This document shows, one piece after another, positions 53,764 through 64,000 of a stretch of 64,000 nucleotides of DNA. The DNA lies in the IMG/VR virus record IMGVR_UViG_3300041409_000458; one strand, 5' to 3'. A model generated the notes under the pieces. That model saw nothing but the letters and a program-made list of their open reading frames with translations. It made no database searches and was not told the origin of the DNA. The stretch comes from a virus. Its lineage: Duplodnaviria; Heunggongvirae; Uroviricota; Caudoviricetes. How positions within the stretch are numbered: the first letter of the stretch is position 1; every line of letters begins with the position of its first letter. The position numbers and the translations under genes were made by a program.

Positions 53764-56544
53764 ATGGCAAAGACATTAATATGGGGCTCAGACCTCTACA
53801 AAGGATTCAAACTTGATAGAAACAAACTGTTAGGTGGTGCAATCGACGATATTCTCCCGTTCCAGATGCTCACTCTGGAGGAAAAAACAATTGACTGGAT
53901 TCAGGCAGTAGCTGACTACTATGAAGTAGCTGGCTGGAGAAATGTAGAGTTAAAAGCTCCGAAGATACAAAGGAACTATTGGATGAGATATGGTAAATTA
54001 AACCCATCTGATTACATTGACAATCCTACTGAGAATGATTATTATCAGGCTGTAGGCTGGATTGTTCCACCAGAATCACGTTCTCCATTACAACAGTTTT
54101 ATCCACTTGCTCCAAACTTCATAGACGTACTCCGTGGTGAATTCATCAAGAGAGACAACAAATGGAGTATTGATGCAATTGACCCTACTTCAGTGGCCGA
54201 GTCATTTGAAGACAAACGCTCCAACTTTGAAGAGATTGTATTACAGCAAGCAGCTATTGAAAAGCAACAAGCACTTGCTGAAATGGGATTGACCGAAGAA
54301 GTTGACCCTGAACAGTACCAGCAACAAATGGAACAGTTCATGCAGCAGATGAAGAATGTGGAAATGATTTCCCGTAACTTCCGTACAACTGGTGTTAAGT
54401 GGGCTCAAAAGGTCCTTGAGATACAGGATAAGAGATATAATCTGGCTGAGATAGAACCTGATGGTTTCGAGAGTGGATTAATTTGTGACAGAGAATTCTG
54501 GCACATTGACCTGATGGATGATGATTTCAAACTTGAACTATTGAATCCTAAGTGGTGTGATTACCACAAGGGTCCTAATATTAAGTACGTTTCCGATGGT
54601 GATTACTTCCTGTGGTTCGACTTCATGTCTGCTGGGGATATTGTAAATAAGTATGGAAGGAAGATGAAAGAAGAGGATATTCTTAAGTTAAAAGATATCT
54701 ACGTAAAAACTTCTAATATTATAGTTCCGGATTATCTAAAATCTCATCAAGGTTCATATTATGATTTATCTAAGCCTTGGCTGGAAGCAACTTCTCTTGA
54801 CCCTAAGATGAATGATGCTATGCTTGGTAAGGAATTGGCTTATAGTTATATGCGTTCTCCAAACTTTGACCATAATCAAGAGGTTGATATCCTTAACCCC
54901 GTTTGGGGAAGAAGGGTAACTGGTCATCCACAGATGTTCCGTGTAATGAGACTTTATTGGCGTTCTCTCAAAAGGATTGGATGGTTAACTAAGATTAACA
55001 GGGATGGTTCCGTTGAACAGCCAGACTGGGTTGATGAGAACTACAAAGTTACAATTGAGCCTCAGTATGACAAGTCTGTGGTTAAGGAAGAAACCAAAGA
55101 CAATCTTCTTTATGGAGAGCATATTGATTGGACATGGGTTCCGGAATGGAGACATGTTATGAAGATATCTCCAAACCAAAAACATACATTCTGGTTAAAT
55201 AATGCCAATACATTAGAATCTATATACATAGATGGTGGTCCTGTTAAGTTCCAATTCAAGGGTAGAACTAATCCATTTGATAGTTTACCTCCTGTTGAAG
55301 GATGTGAATATTCGTGGGTTAATACAGATACTCATGCATTTATGGACAGAATTAAACCTCTACAGATATTATATAATATTTGTATGAATCAGGTTCCAAA
55401 GAAATTCCTGAAGGATTATGGTAATAAGATTGCAGTTGATAGAAGAATCATAAACAATGGTAATCTTTCTACAAGTGGTCAGATTGACCAAGATGAAGCT
55501 TTTGAAGAATCACTTCGTGAATCTGACCTATTTAAGTATTCCGTATCGAGAGATGCAATGGAGGGAGCCGGACAGCCACACATGCCAGAGGTTATGAATT
55601 TATCTACTATTAACGAAGCCTCGTTATATTTCAATCTCGGCATGCAGATTAAGTGGGAAGCTGGTGAATTGATAGGTATTACTCGTAATCGTCTTGGACA
55701 GAATAAAGCATCTGAGACGGCAACTGGTATAAATCAAGCTATTGCTTACTCAGAAGCTCAGACTGAGAAATACTTTGAACAGCACTCAAACCTGATGCAG
55801 AGGGTTAGACAACGTATGTTGGATGCTGCCCAGTTCTACACCACATTTCAAGATGCCTCTAGAGCGACATACATGAACAGTAAAGATGAAACAGCTTTCG
55901 TTACAATCGAAGGTATGGATAATCTATTGCCTCACTATAACATCTTCTTAACAAGTAGAGCTAATGTGAGAGCAGCACTTCAAACTATTGCAGACTTCCT
56001 TAAGAATAATAACACATTGGAAATCAAGCCTTCAGCTCAAGTTCAGGCTTTAGTTGAACAGTCAGTTCCTAAGCTAATGGATTTAATCCGTCAGGGTGAA
56101 GTTGAAGCTGCAGAGAGAGAAGAAACTACAAGAGAACATGAGATGGCATTGGCTAAACAGCAGCAGGATGCTGAACAGGCTAAGATTGATGCTGAACATG
56201 CATTCAAATCTAAAGAAAATGCTCTTGATAGAGAGTCTGAAGAAGCACAGGCAGCATTAAGAGCCTTAGGAGGAAAAGAAAATACAGTTGCAGAAGACTT
56301 TCCAGAAGTTCAAGGTCAGCTGGATAACTACTTCCGTCAGCAGGAATTACATAATGCCACTCAGCATAATCATGATGCACTTCAACAGAAGCGTCAAGCT
56401 GACATGGATAAGAACTTAGTACAGAGAGAGAAGAATCAAATTGACCTCAAAAAGGCAAAGATTCAGGCAGATGCTTCAATCACTGTAGCAAGAGAAAATA
56501 AGACAGCAGCTGAATTAAAGAAGAAGGCGGCTAAGAAGAAATAA
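53764..56544 (+). CDS. portal protein
   Basis: 926 aa; size and position directly after terminase; long charged C-terminal coiled coil (AAEREETTREHEMALAKQQQDAEQAKIDAEH...) typical of large podovirus portals. Confidence 0.55.
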   Translation: MAKTLIWGSDLYKGFKLDRNKLLGGAIDDILPFQMLTLEEKTIDWIQAVADYYEVAGWRNVELKAPKIQRNYWMRYGKLNPSDYIDNPTENDYYQAVGWIVPPESRSPLQQFYPLAPNFIDVLRGEFIKRDNKWSIDAIDPTSVAESFEDKRSNFEEIVLQQAAIEKQQALAEMGLTEEVDPEQYQQQMEQFMQQMKNVEMISRNFRTTGVKWAQKVLEIQDKRYNLAEIEPDGFESGLICDREFWHIDLMDDDFKLELLNPKWCDYHKGPNIKYVSDGDYFLWFDFMSAGDIVNKYGRKMKEEDILKLKDIYVKTSNIIVPDYLKSHQGSYYDLSKPWLEATSLDPKMNDAMLGKELAYSYMRSPNFDHNQEVDILNPVWGRRVTGHPQMFRVMRLYWRSLKRIGWLTKINRDGSVEQPDWVDENYKVTIEPQYDKSVVKEETKDNLLYGEHIDWTWVPEWRHVMKISPNQKHTFWLNNANTLESIYIDGGPVKFQFKGRTNPFDSLPPVEGCEYSWVNTDTHAFMDRIKPLQILYNICMNQVPKKFLKDYGNKIAVDRRIINNGNLSTSGQIDQDEAFEESLRESDLFKYSVSRDAMEGAGQPHMPEVMNLSTINEASLYFNLGMQIKWEAGELIGITRNRLGQNKASETATGINQAIAYSEAQTEKYFEQHSNLMQRVRQRMLDAAQFYTTFQDASRATYMNSKDETAFVTIEGMDNLLPHYNIFLTSRANVRAALQTIADFLKNNNTLEIKPSAQVQALVEQSVPKLMDLIRQGEVEAAEREETTREHEMALAKQQQDAEQAKIDAEHAFKSKENALDRESEEAQAALRALGGKENTVAEDFPEVQGQLDNYFRQQELHNATQHNHDALQQKRQADMDKNLVQREKNQIDLKKAKIQADASITVARENKTAAELKKKAAKKK

Positions 56545-56648
56545 AAATTAGTAATATTGTCAAATTCTAATTAGCTATATTCACATTTATTTGGAAAATT
56601 AACTTAAAAGATTTATTATCAATTTATAGAACACTAAAAACCAACAAG

Positions 56649-57890
56649 ATGGACACAGAAGTACAGAACGTCAACCATGATGCGTTGATTGACCTTTTCC
56701 CCGGAATCGGTAACAATAATCCCTTAGGAGGGAAAGTAAATTTCGGAGGTTCACAGGACCAACCTGTAGATATCTTCGCAAGTAGCACGACGGATGATAC
56801 AACATTAGCTCCTTCTACGACAGATGATACCACATTGGCACCATCAACAACAGAAGAAACTACAGAATCAGCAACAGGAGAAACAACAATTCCACCAGAT
56901 GCTGACATTCTAGGAGCAGGAAAAGGACCACCTGAAGTTAAAACAAAGACAACTGCCCTGTCAGATTTACCTGCATATTACGAAGAACGTATCAAAAATG
57001 GTAAGTTCGTAGCAATACAAGAGGTGGATGACAAGGGAAATAAAGTAAATTTCATCCCTAAGACGGCTGAAGAATACGATGAGGTTCTGGAATTACAGAT
57101 TGATTATCGTGTTAATGAAGCCAAGAAGGACCTTGAGAAGAAATGGTTCGATTCAAAATCTCCAGCATGGAAGGCGATTAGTCAATATGCAGAGATGGTA
57201 GATGACCCAACTCAACTGATTCCTTTCCTTTCAGGAGTAAAGATGCTACAATCTGTAGCTGATTTGAATGAAGGAGAAATAGAAGGAGCTGAGGCCATTG
57301 TCCGCACAAGGATGGAACAGAGAGGTGACCCTGAAGAAGTAATTGCTTCTCAGATTGAAGCTCTTAAAACAACAGATAAATTACTTGCAACTGCTAAGCA
57401 GTATAAGCCAATCATTATTCAGCAGGAGCAGCAAGCTCTACAGCAGCAGATGAGACAGCAGCAGCAGTTACAGGAACAATACGTAAAAACTGTTAGTGAA
57501 GTTAGGAATAACGCAATAGCAGCTATAGAGAAGCCAATTTTTGGAAAGCAGGTTTTGAAGAAAGACGAGAAGTTTGCAATCTATGAGTTGATTGCTGAAC
57601 CCTCAGAAGAGGACAAAGGCTACGGAATCTACTCAGCAATAGATAGTCTGTTTGACAAGAAAGACTTTGAGACGTTGAAAGAGTTAGCATTCCTGATTGC
57701 AAAGAAGGAAGCTTTCTATAATTACCTTGGGACAACAGTACGAAATGATACTGTTGCTCAATTAACAAAGAAACTGATACTGGCTGGAGAGACCCATAAG
57801 GGTTCAGGAAATGACTTTGATGAAGATACGGACCGTCCAACAGTAACACGTAATCAATTTAATAAAAAGCCCTCATTTGGTAGAGGTTAA
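56649..57890 (+). CDS. acidic scaffold-like protein with tandem TTLAPSTTDD repeats and Q-rich coiled coil
   Basis: 413 aa; STTDDTTLAPSTTDDTTLAPSTTEETTE repeat; QQEQQALQQQMRQQQQLQEQ; located between portal and capsid gene; preceded by aaaaccaacaagATG motif. Confidence 0.4.
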   Translation: MDTEVQNVNHDALIDLFPGIGNNNPLGGKVNFGGSQDQPVDIFASSTTDDTTLAPSTTDDTTLAPSTTEETTESATGETTIPPDADILGAGKGPPEVKTKTTALSDLPAYYEERIKNGKFVAIQEVDDKGNKVNFIPKTAEEYDEVLELQIDYRVNEAKKDLEKKWFDSKSPAWKAISQYAEMVDDPTQLIPFLSGVKMLQSVADLNEGEIEGAEAIVRTRMEQRGDPEEVIASQIEALKTTDKLLATAKQYKPIIIQQEQQALQQQMRQQQQLQEQYVKTVSEVRNNAIAAIEKPIFGKQVLKKDEKFAIYELIAEPSEEDKGYGIYSAIDSLFDKKDFETLKELAFLIAKKEAFYNYLGTTVRNDTVAQLTKKLILAGETHKGSGNDFDEDTDRPTVTRNQFNKKPSFGRG

Positions 57891-57915
57891 TTTACCAGAG
57901 TAAAAACAAATATAT

Positions 57916-59625
57916 ATGCCAGAATTCATTCCCGGAACAGACACAAGAACGGGCTTAGGTACAATAGGTCACCCCGGTATTTTTATCGGTCAAGCACGTT
58001 CACTTGGTTTAAAAAACCATGTAGACATTCCTTATGTAACAGCTCTTGCACCACAACAGCCACTCGATTTTGGCGTATTAGATTTGTGGGCTTTAAGACA
58101 AAGGACTGACTCCCCATTATTAACATTAGCTATAGACAACGCTCAAGTTATCTATACTGATGCAGACTATTACACATTTGAGCTTCCGTCTGCTGCTGAT
58201 TCTACTACTCGTTTAGTTTCGGGTGGTCTTGACAAGGACAAGCAGGGTATGGATGGTGAAGAAATTCCATTTGTAGTTAGCAGACGTGACCTTGGTCCGG
58301 GCTCTATCTTCAAGTTTGACTTGACTTCACGTATCTCTTTCACTGTAGTTGACCGTCCTATCGAGCAGATGGGTGAGCACTATAAGGTGTGGGCAGTACT
58401 GAATACAAACGCACATGTTAAGTTTGTAACTAAAGCTGAGTTCCAGCCACAACGTCAGATTATCAAATTAGCTGATATGAGAGGTCTTGATTTCTCGTCT
58501 CACAAATCTGTATGGTCTATCAGTGGTGTGCCTTCTCTTGCTAAGTACAAGAACTACTTATCAAACATGATGCTACAGCAGTCTTATCGTGTAACATCAG
58601 GTGCTTGTGAGTATCTTAATACCAGCACAAGATTTGATGCTAAGCAGATTTCCATGATGGAGCAGACTGTATTACAGTTCTATCAAGTTCGTGGTATTGC
58701 TGACAACAAGGTAATTGACCTACGTAATCCAGAACATTACAAGTTATACTTCCAGAGATTACAGGAAGAAAAAATTAAGGGTAATGGTGAAGCTGCAATG
58801 GTAAACTTATTAGATAGTGTTGCTATCAATATGATGCAGAAGCAGAATAACGATATCATGATTTGGTCTGACCAGATTGATATCTTAAGAGATGGATATG
58901 ATACTCAGAGACTTGTTCCCGGTGTATGGTTCCAGCTTGATATGGCAGGTTTCAAGCATACTTATTCGCTTGACACCTTCTCTCTTGACACATTAACCGA
59001 TGCTATCAAGGACTTTGAATTTGGTAAAGTACCTTTAAGAGAGTCTATCTCTGACAATGTGTACATCATCAAGACAGGTCGTGGTGGTCAGGAATTAATC
59101 TACAAGGCATTTATGAAGAGTGGATTCCAGATTCCTGCACAGTTAAACAACGAACAGTTCAACTTCATTAGTGGTCCAAATGCTGCAAACCTGCAGTACA
59201 ATGCATCACGTTTCACATCCTTCCAGATACCAAACATTGGTTACATCAAGGTGGATTGGGAACCCGGCTTTGACCCAGTGAAGGCTGATGAGTTTGTTAA
59301 CCCAATTCTTGCAGGTGGTTACCGTCTATCTTCATACACAATGTTGATTGAAGATTACAACACATCAAGAGACAACATAGCTATCATCCGTAAGAATGGT
59401 ACTAAGATGAGAATGATTGTTGAGGCTGGTGATAACACTCACCCATTATTAAGGTCTTCTACAAACATCAATGGTCAGAACATTACCGTGTCTCAGGCTT
59501 CAGATGAGTTGACAGGTTATCAGGTTAAGTTTATTAGTAAGGCTGACACAGCGATTGTGAAAGACCCAACTAAGCTACTGAAACTGGTTCCGAAGAACCC
59601 AAGAACAGGAATAGCAGCCCTATAA
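57916..59625 (+). CDS. major capsid protein (putative)
   Basis: 569 aa; position after portal and scaffold; beta-rich; C-terminal KDPTKLLKLVPKNPR motif. Confidence 0.45.
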   Translation: MPEFIPGTDTRTGLGTIGHPGIFIGQARSLGLKNHVDIPYVTALAPQQPLDFGVLDLWALRQRTDSPLLTLAIDNAQVIYTDADYYTFELPSAADSTTRLVSGGLDKDKQGMDGEEIPFVVSRRDLGPGSIFKFDLTSRISFTVVDRPIEQMGEHYKVWAVLNTNAHVKFVTKAEFQPQRQIIKLADMRGLDFSSHKSVWSISGVPSLAKYKNYLSNMMLQQSYRVTSGACEYLNTSTRFDAKQISMMEQTVLQFYQVRGIADNKVIDLRNPEHYKLYFQRLQEEKIKGNGEAAMVNLLDSVAINMMQKQNNDIMIWSDQIDILRDGYDTQRLVPGVWFQLDMAGFKHTYSLDTFSLDTLTDAIKDFEFGKVPLRESISDNVYIIKTGRGGQELIYKAFMKSGFQIPAQLNNEQFNFISGPNAANLQYNASRFTSFQIPNIGYIKVDWEPGFDPVKADEFVNPILAGGYRLSSYTMLIEDYNTSRDNIAIIRKNGTKMRMIVEAGDNTHPLLRSSTNINGQNITVSQASDELTGYQVKFISKADTAIVKDPTKLLKLVPKNPRTGIAAL

Positions 59626-59732
59626 GGCTTAAAAATATAGGAGAGCCCGTAAGCTCTCTTGGCACTAAGAAGACGCCTCCCCGTGGCAGTGCTGGATATC
59701 CAACTAAGTCTCAAATCTAAAAAACCAACTAT

Positions 59733-60728
59733 ATGTCATTAAAATTCGCAATTAGAAACACGGCTGACAAAGCCAAGAAAGAGGGTGACCTCGTATTAAG
59801 GTACTCTGGAACTGGTGAACCTTTTGATAGAGCTGACGAAAGAGCTAACATAGCTGTAGAAACTGACTCTAGAGGAACTCCAATCAAATGGAGATTTGCT
59901 ACTGGTCTTGATGAAGCCAAAGTTGAATTCTATGATTGGCTTTCAGAAGATGAAAAACCGGTTGTAAGAGAGACAATCAAGTCTTTAAAACCTCTGATAA
60001 CAAGATATTACGGAGGAGAGAAGAATCTGAATGCTGAAAATTATGCCTTCTGGAAAGCCAGAAAGGATATAAACAATTTGAAAGTTACTCATGACACAAT
60101 TGATGTGTTCTATGATACAGATAAGCCAGAACATGCATTATTGTATTTATCTATTTTAGGTGGTGCTTTTGCAGGTGTGGTTGCTCCAAATAAAGATTGG
60201 GCAGAAAGATATCAGATTCCTCATTACTTAGCTCTTGAGATTGAGACTGGAGATTTTGGAGAAGAAGAAGACATCACACGTTCAGATGCTCATGGAGAGT
60301 TAGCTCTTCTGAGAAAAGAGTTTGGTAAAGATGCTTTATATATCCTTGCTTGGTGTATTCAATATGACACAAATGCATTTGGAGCTTACAGTTACTCTAC
60401 TGCAGAAAAGGATTTAATCAACTATCACATCAAATTTATTGATGGTAAGTTGCAGACAAAGAAAAAGAAGAACTGTCCTAAGACGTTCATTGAATATGCT
60501 GAGAAGTGGAGAACTCCACAAACAAGGCAATTACTTTACACAGAAGCTTATGTTAAGGCTGGAGAATACTTCAACTACATAAACCAGAGAGAGAAGAAAT
60601 TTGTTACCTCAGAAGGTACAATTCTTGGAAACACTGTAAAAGAAGCTGTGGAAAGTTTACAGAAGCCAAAGTTCAGAGTGGACTTTGATAATTTGAAGAA
60701 TGCCGTTGAGGCGAAATGGAAAGAATAA
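59733..60728 (+). CDS. structural/hypothetical protein
   Basis: 331 aa; preceded by aaaaaccaactatATG motif. Confidence 0.4.
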   Translation: MSLKFAIRNTADKAKKEGDLVLRYSGTGEPFDRADERANIAVETDSRGTPIKWRFATGLDEAKVEFYDWLSEDEKPVVRETIKSLKPLITRYYGGEKNLNAENYAFWKARKDINNLKVTHDTIDVFYDTDKPEHALLYLSILGGAFAGVVAPNKDWAERYQIPHYLALEIETGDFGEEEDITRSDAHGELALLRKEFGKDALYILAWCIQYDTNAFGAYSYSTAEKDLINYHIKFIDGKLQTKKKKNCPKTFIEYAEKWRTPQTRQLLYTEAYVKAGEYFNYINQREKKFVTSEGTILGNTVKEAVESLQKPKFRVDFDNLKNAVEAKWKE

Positions 60729-61387
60729 TGACTTTAACCCAAGCATCCACGAAGATTAACCTGAGAATGAATAAGAGTGATTCCTCTGATTATGACAATC
60801 TTTGGAATTATGTGAAGTCAGAAGCCCTTAATAAGGCAGTTACTGAGTGGGTGAGGAGACAATATAGAGGCAATAATCAAAGCCGAGAGGGAGATGAGGA
60901 ATCTACAACGAGAGTCGATGATTTACAGATTCTTCTCAAGAGAGACGGAATGACAATAAGAGATAAAGGGGTATATGTTGAGACTAATAAGTTACCATCA
61001 GATTACCTTTATTTCAAAAGACTCACTCCTTATGTAAGTAATGGCAATTGCAAAAGTATTGCAATCAAGTCTCACTTAAGAGAAGAAGCTAATGTAGATG
61101 ATTTATTACCTTTACTGCCTTCTTTCCAGTTTGAAGAAACATTTCACACACTAATAGGAAATAAAGCTCATGTTTACCACAATAAGAAATTTGATATTGA
61201 AAAGGTAGAGCTTACTTACTACAGGAAACCAATCACTTATGATTTTAAAAAGTTATCAACAGTGATGGAATTCAAAGATGATGAGTGTGATATTATTATA
61301 GATGAGGCTTGTAAGATTATAGCTTCAGATATTGAATCATTAAATGCAAAAGCTCTGGCACAAGAGAGAGCAGAGAATAATAATTAA
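60716..61387 (+). CDS. structural/hypothetical protein
   Basis: 223 aa ORF with overlapping start. Confidence 0.4.
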   Translation: MERIMTLTQASTKINLRMNKSDSSDYDNLWNYVKSEALNKAVTEWVRRQYRGNNQSREGDEESTTRVDDLQILLKRDGMTIRDKGVYVETNKLPSDYLYFKRLTPYVSNGNCKSIAIKSHLREEANVDDLLPLLPSFQFEETFHTLIGNKAHVYHNKKFDIEKVELTYYRKPITYDFKKLSTVMEFKDDECDIIIDEACKIIASDIESLNAKALAQERAENNN

Positions 61388-61409
61388 TAACAATTAACAA
61401 CACAGTTTT

Positions 61410-63674
61410 ATGGAAAACAACAGTTATCACGTACCTTTTTATGTAGTTACAGGAGGTATTGCAACAAGTGGTCATTCAGCAGACCTTACCGCAGGTAAAG
61501 TCGGTTTATTTGACCGTGCAACCTTTTCAGTTGCTACAGGCATTGGAAACGGAAAAGAATTTTTCTTTGCTCAGGGAGCCACTGGTGGCTTGGACTGGTA
61601 CGGACAACCCGTAAGAAACAGTCACAAATCTGCCTTCTTCTTTGGCAATGATGTGGAAGATATGTATCTTTCTCGTCCTCAAACTCTTGAGAATGAAGAG
61701 TGGGTAATCGGATTCAATGGTGGCCCAAGCTCTAAGAGCTTATCTTACGAAACAGGAGTTCCTCTTCGTATTAAGTTTTACTTCCATGGACAGCCTATAT
61801 ATCGTTTCTTTAACGGTCCAAAGGAATATGTAGTTTCTTACACTCCAAAAGCGGATTGTGAAGAACCATGTTCTGGCTCAGATTGTCCAGAAGGAATCAC
61901 AGACTGTCTGACTCATACTCAGGCACTCATTGACCTAATTAATGGTCATACAGAATTGCGTAAATTTGGTGTAACAGCTAAATTAGTAACTGCTGATTAC
62001 TCAGCAACAGCAACAAATATGACAAAGTATTGTTTAACACTTTGTGACAATGGAGATGCACAAGCACTTAACAGTGTTATTGCACAGGCTCCAGTTGGAA
62101 GTAAGGTAGTTAGAACAGTGAGAAATGGTTCAATGTCAACTTACCAGATTTGCATCAGTGATGATGACGATGCTCCAGAAGATTTTACTCAGGCAGGTGC
62201 TATTGACTTAGCAATTTGTGGAGAATGTCCAGCTGGTTCAACATTAACAGCAGCACATGATACTTATATTGTTAATCGTCCTTTAGCAGGTACAGAAGAT
62301 TTGAATGACCCAACTGCTCGTCAGACTTATGCTGACCTTGTTGGTACTTCTTATGAAACTGCAGGTACAATTACATTTAATGGTGCAACAGCCGTTGAAG
62401 TAGTAGCTGCCTCAGATGCAATCACACTGACTGCTCATGGATTATCAACAGGTACTAAGGTGAACTACACCGATGGTGGTGGTACACAGATTGTAGGTTT
62501 AACAGATACCAACGATTACTATGTAATCAAGGTAGATGATAATATTATCAAATTAGCTACAACAGCTGCTAATGCTTATGCAGGTACAGCTATTGCCATC
62601 TCTGATGGTGTTGGTGCTGCTCACACTTTAGCTCCAGTAATCACAGCTGTATTCGTTGGAAACAACGGTGCTACTGCCTCAGTTAAGCTGAGTGTTGGAG
62701 AGGGTGTAGTGTTAAGCCCAGTATTAGCAGATAGTGTAATCTTTGCTAACTCAGTAGGTGCTACTTGTATATTCGCAGATGCTACACCAGTTGAGTGGGA
62801 TGAATGTGGTGCAGGTATTTCTTCTTCAAGAAACCTACGTATCTCAAACATTAACCGTCTGGATTGTACAGGTGGAAACAGGTTAGCAGACCTTACTGCA
62901 GCATTAGCTGGAGTTGTAGGTATTGACTTAACAACACTTGCAGTGGTTGCAGGAACAGATTGTATGGATGACTATACAGTTACTCAGAATTCACAGGATT
63001 GCCTTGATGAAGGATGTTTAACAAGTAATGTAACATTTACATATGACACATTACCAGCATTTGAAAACCAGTCATGGGTAGTAGTACCTCCAACTGTAGT
63101 AGCAGATGAAACAAGAAAATGTGGTATCCGTGTAACAGCAGGATATATTGACCCTAAATTTGGTGATTGTTCGTTCAATCCAATGGATTACTACGAAACT
63201 GAGCCAATTAAGATGGAAATCTCAATGCTACAGGAAGATGGAGATGTATGTGACGTGGCAAACTGGCCTACAGTAGCACAGAGCAGAATTGGTAGAATCT
63301 CTCGTCAGAGTGGTGAATATGTAGTAAGGGAGTTAATCATGAAAACTGATGCTTACCTGAAACATGTAGACCAGTTCTCTCTAGAGCCAAGAATGAGAGA
63401 AGCATTTGATATGCAGTTGCTGTCAAGTGTAGATAAGAACGCTTATTACAACCTGTACTATGTAAGGTTCAGAGCTTCTTACGGAGTTAATGGCTTCAGA
63501 AAGAAATCAGTTCAGGAAACATTCACAGCAGTATTTGCCTTCAAGGAAGGTGATGCTTCAGCTGCAGCATTTGAAACTCAGGTTCTGAATGTTATCACAG
63601 CCAAATCAGGAGTTGTACTTCATATCAATGAAGCCAACGTAGGTGGAAGCAGTGGTATGCAGGGAATAGGGTAA
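61410..63674 (+). CDS. large structural protein with T/A/G-rich Ig-like central region (capsid auxiliary or tail-associated)
   Basis: 754 aa; central low-complexity beta region (TAAHDTYIV...GTKVNYTDGGGTQIVGLTDTNDYYVIKVDD...); strong terminator downstream. Confidence 0.4.
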   Translation: MENNSYHVPFYVVTGGIATSGHSADLTAGKVGLFDRATFSVATGIGNGKEFFFAQGATGGLDWYGQPVRNSHKSAFFFGNDVEDMYLSRPQTLENEEWVIGFNGGPSSKSLSYETGVPLRIKFYFHGQPIYRFFNGPKEYVVSYTPKADCEEPCSGSDCPEGITDCLTHTQALIDLINGHTELRKFGVTAKLVTADYSATATNMTKYCLTLCDNGDAQALNSVIAQAPVGSKVVRTVRNGSMSTYQICISDDDDAPEDFTQAGAIDLAICGECPAGSTLTAAHDTYIVNRPLAGTEDLNDPTARQTYADLVGTSYETAGTITFNGATAVEVVAASDAITLTAHGLSTGTKVNYTDGGGTQIVGLTDTNDYYVIKVDDNIIKLATTAANAYAGTAIAISDGVGAAHTLAPVITAVFVGNNGATASVKLSVGEGVVLSPVLADSVIFANSVGATCIFADATPVEWDECGAGISSSRNLRISNINRLDCTGGNRLADLTAALAGVVGIDLTTLAVVAGTDCMDDYTVTQNSQDCLDEGCLTSNVTFTYDTLPAFENQSWVVVPPTVVADETRKCGIRVTAGYIDPKFGDCSFNPMDYYETEPIKMEISMLQEDGDVCDVANWPTVAQSRIGRISRQSGEYVVRELIMKTDAYLKHVDQFSLEPRMREAFDMQLLSSVDKNAYYNLYYVRFRASYGVNGFRKKSVQETFTAVFAFKEGDASAAAFETQVLNVITAKSGVVLHINEANVGGSSGMQGIG

Positions 63675-63695
63675 TAAAACCCAAAAATAGTAGAA

Positions 63696-63738
63696 AAGGG
63701 TGGTAGGGCAGTGACTCTGCCACCCTTTTTCTTTTTTA
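63696..63738 (+). terminator. strong rho-independent terminator
   Basis: gggtggtagggcagtgactctgccaccc nested GC-rich hairpin followed by tttttcttttttaa. Confidence 0.6.
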
Positions 63739-63797
63739 ACGCTCAGAATTATTTTAATTTCTCACATTTTTTAACTATATTATACTGTGGCAAGTAA

Positions 63798-64000
63798 CGA
63801 ATTATATATGGAAGTTTCAGATGCTCCGAACCTAAAAGTTCTGAGAGTTTTTGATACGTCCCATTATTGTGATGATGATATCACTAATTACCTAATAGAG
63901 GTCCTGCCAGTAAATAAGGACAAATGGTTGACCTTTCATGTTAAGAAGGGATTCTCTTTATCCCTAAATTCATCTAGCTTAGGATACAAAAAGGTAGCTG
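63798..64000 (+). CDS. hypothetical protein, partial (continues past window end)
   Basis: ATG at 63798; MEVSDAPNLKVLRVFDTSHYCDDDITNYLIEVLPVNKDKW... open to end of window. Confidence 0.35.

Noticed and set aside
44550-64000. Stop-codon reassignment (TAG or TGA recoding as in some crAss-like phages)
   Set aside because: All long late genes (758, 926, 569, 754 aa) are uninterrupted under the standard code and early genes show tight stop-start packing, so recoding is unlikely despite the presence of a CUA-anticodon tRNA.
1-64000. Prophage or integrated element boundaries (integrase, att sites)
   Set aside because: No integrase/recombinase/transposase-like ORF and no host-like genes; window looks like a contiguous virulent-phage genome segment.

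Overview
This 64 kb window reads as an AT-rich (about 35% GC) segment of a large virulent Bacteroidota phage, with crAss-like/Crassvirales-style architecture. That assignment is inferred from gene content and layout; no database search was possible.

Gene organisation:
- About 1 to 44.4 kb is a densely packed minus-strand early/replication block.
- About 44.5 to 64 kb is a plus-strand late/structural block running terminase large subunit, portal, acidic scaffold-like protein, putative major capsid protein and further structural genes.

Minus-strand early block contents:
- A family B DNA polymerase with 3'-5' exonuclease motifs.
- A nucleotide/NAD-related cluster: HAD phosphatase, PRPP-synthetase-like, NADAR, HD hydrolase and ATP-grasp genes.
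- A second enzyme island: Dit1/PvcA-like, LOG-family and type I phosphoribosyltransferase genes.
- At least seven homing endonucleases: one GIY-YIG, several HNH, and one split HNH-AP2 remnant.
- A peptidyl-tRNA hydrolase (PTH2), a minimal HisRS-like class II core, an amber-suppressor-like tRNA(CUA), and a 2.2 kb tRNA/tRNA-like RNA array.

Most unusual observation: three units in the tRNA array carry a T-arm plus 3' acceptor strand upstream, in tRNA sense, of a perfectly complementary 5' acceptor strand plus D-arm plus anticodon arm. Each unit is bracketed by 8-9 bp inverted repeats built from a recurring ACTTACAAG motif. These look like circularly permuted or two-piece tRNA genes.

Other points of interest: a MCP C-terminal peptide motif shared with a small protein, a conserved AAAACCAACAAnATG motif at late gene starts, several GC-richer structured intergenic islands, and a phage-encoded OMP beta-barrel.

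All RNA folds were done by hand and need computational confirmation.
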